Part shown: positions 56,477 through 64,000 of the stretch, in pieces
Layout: every line of letters starts with the position of its first letter
How positions within the stretch are numbered: position 1 is the stretch's first letter
Origin: Planctomycetota bacterium
Lineage (GTDB): Bacteria; Planctomycetota; UBA1135; UBA2386
NCBI GenBank assembly: GCA_965223545.1
Contig: OZ245006.1
Coordinates: forward strand, 2,080,001 to 2,144,000
Reading direction: 5' to 3'
Length of the DNA stretch: 64,000 nt
Translations under genes and position numbers: made by a program
The notes under the pieces: model-generated
What the model saw: only the letters and a program-made list of their open reading frames with translations
The model's database searches: none
Told to the model about the DNA's origin: nothing

Positions 56477-57592
56477 TCACACGTCGCGCTCAGTTGCACT
56501 CGCGGCGTTGCTCAGGGCACCGGCCGCCGACAGTAGGTGCCCGACGCGCTCGACCACTCCATTGGACTCGAAGAACTCGAGGTAGCGCTGGCGGGCACGG
56601 TCGACGATGCGCTGGCATTCCTCGGGCCGTGCCAAGTAGTCCCGGCAGACCGCAGCGAGATCACTGCCGTCCCAGGCCACAGGGATGTAGGTCTCACCCG
56701 CCTCGAACAAGTCGGGCACGGTCACCAGGTGCGACACGTCCGGCTTGACCAACAGACAGCCGCGCGCCAAGGCTTCGAAGTCACGCACGCAGAGCTCACC
56801 CCAGCCGAACGGGCTGACGACGAGCTTGGCACGCTCCATGCCGCGCAAGAACGCGCGGCGCGACAGGCCGGCACCGGCCTCGTGCCCGCTGATGTCGATC
56901 GCGAAGTCACGGCCGAGCCCCGCCGCGGCGTCGAGGAAGTCACGCCGATGCTGGGTGTACCAACCGTCCTCGCCGTTGCGCCCGACATTGAGGATGCAGT
57001 GCACGTCAACGGGGCGTGTCCGCAACGGAGCGACGCGCCGGCGCAGCGTCTGGTAGTGCTCGCGGGTGACACCGAGGTTCCAGCTGAGCTGGACTCGGCC
57101 GTCGACGCCTTCGTCGAGATGGGAGCCGAAGTGCCAGTCCGCGAGCTTGGTGCCGCGACGGACCATGAAATCGGTGTGGATGTAGCCGCCGGCCAGATCG
57201 GCCCGGTACAGCGCTCGATCGCGCAGCAGCTGCTTCTTGGCGTAGACGTCGACGAACGGAACGATGCCGAAGAACGGCGACGCCGTGGCGTCGAAGAAAT
57301 CCAGGTACACGATGCGGCTGCGCCCGGGCTCGGCACACCAACGCTCGAAGAAGCGGGTCGTCTCTTCGACCGGCGTGGCCCAGTGGGTCAACACGAACGC
57401 GACTTGCGGGCCGTGCTCGCGCACCGCCGCACCGAGGTCGTCCAGCGTCGGCGCGCGCACGAACGTCGAACGCAACCCAAACGCGCGGAACAGCGCTCGA
57501 CGTTGCCAGCGCAGCGGCTCGACCATCGCACCTTCGACCCCCCAGGGACCCAGCCCGGCGACGAGGCATCGGATCGGAGTGGGACGGCGCAT
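56477..57592 (-). CDS. glycosyltransferase (GT1-like/CgeB-type C-terminal domain)
   Basis: VSPFGWGELCVRDFEALARGCLLVKP..ETYIPVAWD. Confidence 0.75.
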   Translation of the reverse strand: MRRPTPIRCLVAGLGPWGVEGAMVEPLRWQRRALFRAFGLRSTFVRAPTLDDLGAAVREHGPQVAFVLTHWATPVEETTRFFERWCAEPGRSRIVYLDFFDATASPFFGIVPFVDVYAKKQLLRDRALYRADLAGGYIHTDFMVRRGTKLADWHFGSHLDEGVDGRVQLSWNLGVTREHYQTLRRRVAPLRTRPVDVHCILNVGRNGEDGWYTQHRRDFLDAAAGLGRDFAIDISGHEAGAGLSRRAFLRGMERAKLVVSPFGWGELCVRDFEALARGCLLVKPDVSHLVTVPDLFEAGETYIPVAWDGSDLAAVCRDYLARPEECQRIVDRARQRYLEFFESNGVVERVGHLLSAAGALSNAASATERDV

Positions 57593-57601
57593 GACGTCGA
57601 G

Positions 57602-58396
57602 TCAGCGCACGCGCAGCGGGACCGGCATGCCGTCGCGCGAGGCCGGCGTCGCGGCCAGGCATGAAGCAACCGCGGCGACCGACTGCCGGCACGATTCTTC
57701 CGCGTCGAGCCCACGCGCCAAGCCGACCGCGAGGGCGGTCGCGAGGGCACAGCCGGTGCCGTGCACCGGACCGCGATCGAGCCGGGGGTGGTGGAACGCG
57801 AGCTCGTCACGCGCGGTGTAGAACAGGTCCTCGACGGCTTTGCCGTCCGCGTGCCCTCCTTTGACCAGCACGCCACGACAGCCATCGTCCAACAGCGCCC
57901 GCGGCCCCGAAGGCGACAGCCGCTCGAGCTCTGGGAGGTTCGGCGTCGCGATGCTGGCTCGTGGCAACACCGTCCGCCGATAGGCGGCGACCAAGTCCTC
58001 CGACGCCTGCCACCCCCCCGCCGTCGTGCCCAACACCGGATCGACGACGAGCGGCACCTCGAGCAACCCGTTCCGCTCGAGCTCCTGCATGACGTTTGCC
58101 GCGGTCGCATCGGAGGCCAACAGACCCAGCTTTACCGCACCGACCGCACCGTCGGCCACCGCCGCGCCGATCATCTCGGCGAGCAGCTTGGCGCCGACGG
58201 GCTCGACCGCGACGACACCGCGCCGACTCTGCACGGTCAAGCAAGCCGGCACGGTCAGCGCGAAGCCACCGCGGGCCTCGGCGATGCGCGCGTCCAGAGT
58301 CACTCCGGCACCGCCGCACGGGTCGAGTCCACCGATCGCCAGGACGCGGGGACGGGACGAACTGGGAGAATCCGCGGCCATGTCGTTGGCGGTCAT
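57602..58396 (-). CDS. thiD: hydroxymethylpyrimidine/phosphomethylpyrimidine kinase
   Basis: IGGLDPCGGAG, TVQ, VKLG, VDPV, TPNLPE, LVKGGH, HGTGCALA. Confidence 0.92.
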   Translation of the reverse strand: MTANDMAADSPSSSRPRVLAIGGLDPCGGAGVTLDARIAEARGGFALTVPACLTVQSRRGVVAVEPVGAKLLAEMIGAAVADGAVGAVKLGLLASDATAANVMQELERNGLLEVPLVVDPVLGTTAGGWQASEDLVAAYRRTVLPRASIATPNLPELERLSPSGPRALLDDGCRGVLVKGGHADGKAVEDLFYTARDELAFHHPRLDRGPVHGTGCALATALAVGLARGLDAEESCRQSVAAVASCLAATPASRDGMPVPLRVR

Positions 58397-58439
58397 CGTC
58401 GCCGAACGGCGGCGTCAACGCACGCGGTTTGCCGGCGAC

Positions 58440-59477
58440 TCAGCTCTCGACCAAACCGACCACGGTCGTGCCCTCGACCCCCATGCTGCGGAGAATGTTG
58501 CGCTCCAAGCGTCGCTCGAGGCGCTTGATCGTCCGCTGGTCACCATCGGGGAGCTTGATCGAGCCGCCCGCAATCGAGCCGTGGCCGCCGTACGACCCCT
58601 CGCCGTCGAAGGCGTCGTGGATCAGCTGCCACGCGTCGCGCTCGCGCAGCTCGTCGCGCACCGACACGTGGTACGTCCGCTCGACCATGCCTCCGCAAAA
58701 CACGGCCTGCTTGCCCTCCAGCCGCACCAGCAAGTCGGCGACCTCGGCCACCATCTCCGGGCTGCTCACCCGGCCGATCGAGCACAGCACGACCTTGTCG
58801 TACATGCGCATGTTGGTCAGGGCGTCGCGCAGCGCGCGGTAGTAGGCCAGCGGCAGGGCCGGAGTCGTGATCCGAGCCAGCTTCTGCCGGTCCAGCCGCG
58901 CCATCAGGAACTGATAGGCGCGTTCGTCGAGTTCGCTGGTGTCGCGCGACAGGTCGGCAGTGTCCGTGCGAATGCCGTAGAACAAGCCTGTGGCCACCGC
59001 TGATGGCACCTCCATCCCGAGCTCCATGATGTAGCCGGTGACGATGCTCGAAGTGGCACCGACGTCGGGCCGCACGTCGACGAACCGGGCGTCGTTGGCG
59101 CGCGAGGCATCCGGCGAGACGTGGTGGTCGAGGACGATGTCGACCTGGCGGCCATCCGGCACCGAGGTATGGCCGAACCCCGGCTGAGAGTCGACCAGCG
59201 CGATGCAGTCGAAGCAGTCGAGATCGAGCTCGCCGATCGGCGTCAGGTCGATGCCCAGGCAGGCCACCATCGCCTTGTTCTCGGCCCGCATCACCCTGCC
59301 GACCAAGCCGAAGTCGCTGGGCACGTCCCACGCCTCGCGAGCCAGGTAGCGCAGCCCCATCGCACTGCCCATCGAGTCGGGATCCGGGTTGGTGTGCGTC
59401 AGCACCAGCAAGCGGCGCTTGCCTCGCATCACCTCCGCCAACGCCTCGGTGCGGTTGGGTTGCACTCGCGCTTTCAT
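58440..59477 (-). CDS. DHH family phosphoesterase
   Basis: THTNPDPDS, LVDSQPG, LDHH, GATSSI, GIRTDT, GGH. Confidence 0.9.
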   Translation of the reverse strand: MKARVQPNRTEALAEVMRGKRRLLVLTHTNPDPDSMGSAMGLRYLAREAWDVPSDFGLVGRVMRAENKAMVACLGIDLTPIGELDLDCFDCIALVDSQPGFGHTSVPDGRQVDIVLDHHVSPDASRANDARFVDVRPDVGATSSIVTGYIMELGMEVPSAVATGLFYGIRTDTADLSRDTSELDERAYQFLMARLDRQKLARITTPALPLAYYRALRDALTNMRMYDKVVLCSIGRVSSPEMVAEVADLLVRLEGKQAVFCGGMVERTYHVSVRDELRERDAWQLIHDAFDGEGSYGGHGSIAGGSIKLPDGDQRTIKRLERRLERNILRSMGVEGTTVVGLVES

Positions 59478-59546
59478 GACTCGCCGGGGGGCAAAGGAGA
59501 ACCGCTCGCCCCCTTGCGGGGCTCTTCGGCTCGCCAGCACCCGCGT

Positions 59547-60443
59547 CTAGAGACCGTACTTGTCGAGGAGGGCATGAACGCCGGGGATCTCCGAGGGTTC
59601 GACGGCCAGATCCAGCTCCACCACCGTGGGAATTGGCCGCCCGAACCGCCGTCTATAGGCCGCGAGCAGCGGATAGTCTACACCCCCGGCGCCGGGCGGC
59701 AGGTACAGGTCGACGCCGGAGACATCACCTAACGTCATTCCTGACATATTGTTAGCAAACGCCTCCAGCCACGCGCCCTGCTCCGAATCGAGCAGCTCGG
59801 CCCGCCGTGCGGCGAGCGCGGCGTCGTGCCAATAGCGCAACCGCGCGTTGCCGAGGTCCGCGAAGACGTAGGTCAGGGCCTCGGGCTCGCCGAGGCCGAG
59901 CAGACTGCGGCTCGGCGTCAGACAGAACTCCATATCGTCGTGCTGTCGCAAGAGTTCGAACAGCGTGCGACAAACGGAGTCGAGGCCCGCGTCCCGGGCC
60001 ACGTTGCGCCGGGCGAGGAGCGCCGCAGCGGTGTCGCGGTTCCATGCCGCTCCGGCGTCGCCGAGGTCGTCGTGGGGGACGTCGCCGGCCACGCGCACGG
60101 GCCCGGGATCGAGGATCACCCGGCGGCACCCCAGCTGGGCAGCCAATCGCACGGCTGCCGAGATGCGGTCCGCGGCGCTGCCGCGCTCGCCCGAGCTGCG
60201 CGACGCCAAGCTGGCCTCGCCCGCCGCCAGGGGCTGTAGGGCGCTGTCGGCGCGGGTCGCCAGGACCGAGACCGGAAGGTCCCGCATCGCCCGGGCAAGC
60301 CCCCCCCAGTCCACCTGCCGCGGCGCCGGGCCGGCGACCAGCCCGGAGAAACCGCGCTCCAACAGCCAAGTCCAGGCCCGCGACGCCTCCGCCGGGGCGT
60401 GGACGCTGGCCCAGGCCGCGCTCATGAATCGTTGGCTCACCAT
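59547..60443 (-). CDS. sugar phosphate isomerase/epimerase-like TIM-barrel protein
   Basis: AVRLAAQLGCRRVILDPG, YWHDAA, LPPGAGGVDYP, VVEL. Confidence 0.7.
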   Translation of the reverse strand: MVSQRFMSAAWASVHAPAEASRAWTWLLERGFSGLVAGPAPRQVDWGGLARAMRDLPVSVLATRADSALQPLAAGEASLASRSSGERGSAADRISAAVRLAAQLGCRRVILDPGPVRVAGDVPHDDLGDAGAAWNRDTAAALLARRNVARDAGLDSVCRTLFELLRQHDDMEFCLTPSRSLLGLGEPEALTYVFADLGNARLRYWHDAALAARRAELLDSEQGAWLEAFANNMSGMTLGDVSGVDLYLPPGAGGVDYPLLAAYRRRFGRPIPTVVELDLAVEPSEIPGVHALLDKYGL

Positions 60444-60548
60444 CGCACAGTTCGAACGCGGCAGATGGTAGGGTCAAGGCCCGGGTCCTGTGAAGGCGAA
60501 GCGCCCCTCGGCGCGGCCTTCGACTCTCCACCAAAGCCAGCACAAGAA

Positions 60549-62420
60549 ATGCACCTCGCCGCTTCTCCCCGTGCGTTCTCGCTCGCCGTCCTGCTCTGCG
60601 CCACCGCCACGGCGCAGAACGAGTCTCCTCCGGGGACCGCGTCGCCCGCCGAAACATCGCCGGTGCAGAGTGCCGTGCAGCGCCTCGAGGCCAAGCTGGG
60701 CGAGATCGAATCGGCACTCTCCCAGCGCGGCACTCCGGCTGCGCCGACGATCGACGTCGGCGCGCTGCGGCAGCAGTTCGAGCAGCTGACCGCAGACCTC
60801 ACCACCGAACGGCAGGCGCATCAAAAGCTGATCACGGCGCACGAGGAGCTCGCGGTGGAGAGTGCGCGCGCCGCGGAACGCGCCGCGCGCGCCGAGGCCG
60901 AGCTGGCGCAACAGAAGAAGGCGATCGGCCAGCTCGAGGAGCTGCAACAAACCAATCGTCAGCTGCGCGCGGAGTTCACCTCGGCGTCGACCGGGTTCGA
61001 ACAGGCGATGACCGACCTCCACCGCGTGCGCAGCCAACTGCGAGCGGTCGAGGCCGGCCTGGCCGAGGCCCGGGCAACGGCGTCGGATGCCGAGCAGGCA
61101 GCCCAGGAGGCGGACGCCCTGCGCGGCGAGCTGGCCGCCGCGCGCGAAGGTCTGCGCGACGCGCAGGCGCAGCTCGCGGCGCTGGCCGACGTGCGCAGCC
61201 AGCACGCCTCCACCGCACAGGAGCTCGACCAGGCCAAGCGGCGGATCGAGCGCATGACGGCCGAGCACGCCAGTACCCGCCGGGCCCACGAGAAGGCCCT
61301 GGCCGAGATCGAATCGCTCGGTAGCAAGCACCGCCAAGCTCTCAGCGCGAGCGAGGCCGCGGCGGCCGAGCGCGCGCGTGAAGCGGCGCTCGAACATCAA
61401 GAGCAGCTGCGCCAGCACACGGCGCGGACCGAGGCATTGCAGGCCGAGCTGACCAGCTCGCGACGGCAGGCCGAGGAGGCCCGCGTCCGCGCCGCGCAGT
61501 CCGCCACGGCGCTGGCGCAGGCCGAACGACAGCTCGCGCAGCTGCAACGGGCGCACGACACCGCCATCGCCCGCACTACCGCGGCGAGCGAAGAGCTGCG
61601 CGAGCTCGCGACTCATCGCAGCAGCGCGAACGATGAGATCGCGCGCCAGAAGCGCGCACTGCTCGACCGCGACCGGGAGATCGAGTTGTTCCGACGCAAG
61701 GCCGAGCACGCCCGCGAGCTCGACCGGCGCCATCAGGAGTTGCTCGCCGAGCACCAGGAGCTGAAGCAGCGCGCGGCGGCGGCCGCCCAGCGCGTGACCG
61801 ACGCCGAGCAACGCATCGCCGCAGCCGAGCAAACCACCGTCGCCGCCGAAGGCCGCGCGGCCGACGCCGAACGCCGCGCTACCGAGTCCGCCGATGCGCT
61901 GCGCACCCGCGAACGCGAGCTGGCGGCAGCCCGGCAACACGCCCGAGAAGTCGAGGCCGAAAACGATCGACAGCGCAGCGTGCACGGCACCCGCGCCGCG
62001 ATGCGCACCGACGCTCTGCGCGCCGCCGCCGACGCCCGCGACGACCTCGAGGCGGTCCGCGCCGCCCTCGAGTCGTGGCTCTCCCCCGCCCCGACACCGA
62101 CAGACGCGGCCGGAGCGGCCCCCGTGGAAGCCCCCTTCGCGGACGCTTCCTCGGAAGGCTCGTCACCCGACCACGACAGCGCCCCGGGGGCCGCGATCCC
62201 GGCCACCACCGGATCAGTGCAATCCCCGACGCGTGACATCTACATCAACACCCGCGACGGCGACGTCATCCTGCAGCTCGGCTCGGGCACGATCCACCTC
62301 GGCGGTCCCGCGCCGCGGCGCGCAACCCCGGCCCCATCGAGCCAACCCACTCCGGTGCCGCCTGCCCGGCCCGTAATCCAAAGGCTCGAGGCCCGCCCGA
62401 AGGGCAAGATCAACGACTGA
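60549..62420 (+). CDS. secreted long coiled-coil protein
   Basis: Signal peptide ending ATATAQ; long A/E/Q/R/L heptad-rich region; Pro-rich tail. Confidence 0.75.
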   Translation: MHLAASPRAFSLAVLLCATATAQNESPPGTASPAETSPVQSAVQRLEAKLGEIESALSQRGTPAAPTIDVGALRQQFEQLTADLTTERQAHQKLITAHEELAVESARAAERAARAEAELAQQKKAIGQLEELQQTNRQLRAEFTSASTGFEQAMTDLHRVRSQLRAVEAGLAEARATASDAEQAAQEADALRGELAAAREGLRDAQAQLAALADVRSQHASTAQELDQAKRRIERMTAEHASTRRAHEKALAEIESLGSKHRQALSASEAAAAERAREAALEHQEQLRQHTARTEALQAELTSSRRQAEEARVRAAQSATALAQAERQLAQLQRAHDTAIARTTAASEELRELATHRSSANDEIARQKRALLDRDREIELFRRKAEHARELDRRHQELLAEHQELKQRAAAAAQRVTDAEQRIAAAEQTTVAAEGRAADAERRATESADALRTRERELAAARQHAREVEAENDRQRSVHGTRAAMRTDALRAAADARDDLEAVRAALESWLSPAPTPTDAAGAAPVEAPFADASSEGSSPDHDSAPGAAIPATTGSVQSPTRDIYINTRDGDVILQLGSGTIHLGGPAPRRATPAPSSQPTPVPPARPVIQRLEARPKGKIND

Positions 62421-62469
62421 CCGCGGCGCAGCGCGAGTGTCCTCAGGCCGGCACCCTCGCCGTCTCCTT

Positions 62470-62486
62470 CGAGCTACAATAGCTCG
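62470..62486. promoter_or_regulatory. 7-3-7 palindrome containing a TACAAT -10 box immediately before pcm
   Basis: CGAGCTA-CAA-TAGCTCG; TACAAT at 62475-62480; GTG start at 62487. Confidence 0.5.
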
Positions 62487-63140
62487 GTGGTCGCGCCGCG
62501 CACAACCTACCGGGATCCGTTCGTCGTCCTGCGCCGGCGCATGGTCGCGGAGCAGATTCAGGCGCGGGGTGTGCGCAGCCCCGAGGTCGTCGCGGCTTTG
62601 CGCACGGTCCCGCGGCACGAGTTCGTGCCGTTGGCACTGCGGGACGAGAGCTACGAGGACCACGCGGTGTCGCTCGCTCCCGGCCGCTCGCTGTCGCAGC
62701 CGTACATCGTCGGCGCCATGACCGAGCTCGCAGCCGTGCAGCCGGGTCAGGCGGTGCTCGAAATCGGCACCGGCACCGGCTACCAGGCTGCGGTGCTCGC
62801 AGAGCTGTGTGCGCGCGTCTGGACCATCGACTCCGACCCCGACTACGCCGCCGCGGCGCGGGCGACGTTGACGCGATTGTTCTACCGCAGCGTCGAGGTG
62901 CGGCGGGGCGACGGCCGCGAGGGGATCGCGGACGGAGCACCGTTCGACGCCATCTTGATCACCGCCGCGGTGCGCGAGATCCCGCCGGCGCTGATCGAGC
63001 AGCTCGCCCCCGGCGGACGGCTGGTGGCCCCGATCGGTCCACCGTCCGACACCCAGGTGCTTCAGCTCGTGACCAAGACCGACGACGGACGGATCGTGCA
63101 CCGGGACGTGTTCCCCGTGCGCTTCGTGGCACTCGAATAG
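62487..63140 (+). CDS. pcm: protein-L-isoaspartate O-methyltransferase
   Basis: MVAEQIQARGV, VPRHEFVP, SQPYIVGAM, VLEIGTGTGYQAAVL, APFDAILITAA, VRFV. Confidence 0.93.
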   Translation: MVAPRTTYRDPFVVLRRRMVAEQIQARGVRSPEVVAALRTVPRHEFVPLALRDESYEDHAVSLAPGRSLSQPYIVGAMTELAAVQPGQAVLEIGTGTGYQAAVLAELCARVWTIDSDPDYAAAARATLTRLFYRSVEVRRGDGREGIADGAPFDAILITAAVREIPPALIEQLAPGGRLVAPIGPPSDTQVLQLVTKTDDGRIVHRDVFPVRFVALE

Positions 63141-63209
63141 AATCGAGCTTTCGGAACGGGGCTTGCGGAATATGAGCCCGGCGCCCGCCGTCCCTGTCCG
63201 AGAGCACTC

Positions 63210-64000
63210 ATGAAGCGTGTCATCCACCTTGTTGCCACCGCCGCACTGCCAACGGCAGCGCTGGCACAGCTCCCCCCCGCGCCGGTCCCCGGCATCTTGC
63301 CGCAGCACGCGCTGTTCTGTCGTGCGCTGCCGATTCCCGACCACGTCGAGCGGCACGAGATCGGCTCCCTCGCGGCCTGGCGCGACCGGCTCTGGGTAGC
63401 GACCATGGTCGAGCAGACCGACGATCGGCCCAGCGCCGACTTGCTGTCGCTCGACCCGAGCTTGTCACTGGCAGCCGCCGGGAACGCGGCCGGAAGCAGC
63501 AGCTCACGTGGCCGACTGCTCCACCTGCCCTCCAATCAGGTCTTCCTGGGCAGCTTCGCGATCGGGGCCACCGGTGCCCCGCGACCGCTACACCGCTTGC
63601 GCGAGCGAAACGTGGCCGCGTTCGCCGAGCATCTGACCAAGCCTACGTCGATGATCTACGCCTTGGCGGTCGACGGCACGCTGCTCACCGTGGACACACA
63701 ATCGCTGCTCGCCACCGAAGTCGCGGACGCGGCCCAGGCGATCGGCATCGCCGCCGAGGACGCTCACTTCACTGCCGCGCATACGGCCGACGGCAAGGTG
63801 TTGCTGGCGCACGCCGGCGCGCCCGACGCGCCCGGCCTGATCGAGTGGGACGGCTCCGCCTTTCGCGTGCTCGAGCACGGCCGGTTCGCCGCGATCGACA
63901 GCGCGGCGACTCCGTCGGGGCGGCGCGCCGTCGTCGCCCTCGGTTGGACATCGGCGGCGGTGGCGCTGCGGGTGCAGCACGGCGGCCAGTGGTTCCGCGG
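63210..64000 (+). CDS. secreted hypothetical protein (partial, runs off window end)
   Basis: Manual translation open to the end: MKRVIHLVATAALPTAALAQ...AWRDRLWVAT...HLPSNQVFLG...HLTKP..IY...IEWDG...LGWT; not in ORF track. Confidence 0.75.
   Translation, partial: MKRVIHLVATAALPTAALAQLPPAPVPGILPQHALFCRALPIPDHVERHEIGSLAAWRDRLWVATMVEQTDDRPSADLLSLDPSLSLAAAGNAAGSSSSRGRLLHLPSNQVFLGSFAIGATGAPRPLHRLRERNVAAFAEHLTKPTSMIYALAVDGTLLTVDTQSLLATEVADAAQAIGIAAEDAHFTAAHTADGKVLLAHAGAPDAPGLIEWDGSAFRVLEHGRFAAIDSAATPSGRRAVVALGWTSAAVALRVQHGGQWFR

Overview
High-GC bacterial chromosomal window, most likely Planctomycetota. That assignment is inferred from three ECF sigma factors, an ECF/Ser-Thr kinase pair, BlaI/M56, type-2 IleRS, sulfotransferases and many signal-peptide orphans. 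About 55 CDS and one tRNA-Gly(GCC) are supported; no integrase, transposase, CRISPR or rRNA was seen. Two edge-truncated genes missing from the ORF track were found by hand: an ECF sigma factor (1-403, minus) and a secreted protein (63210-end). Top finding: a minor-pilin operon whose PilX/ComZ-like subunit carries a ~236-aa, very acidic insert with mirror-registered repeats (14-residue period out, 15 back), predicting a two-stranded beta-ribbon stalk of up to ~30 nm. Other findings: IleRS with KESKS plus a ~110-aa possible double-psi beta-barrel insert; an orphan eboE heading a His-rich ABC/DUF3299/Nramp metal operon; repeated ECF-sigma + secreted-cargo modules, one a lower-GC islet encoding a 16-Cys secreted protein; and three operator-like palindromes before blaI. 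Family assignments are by motif recognition only; no searches were run.
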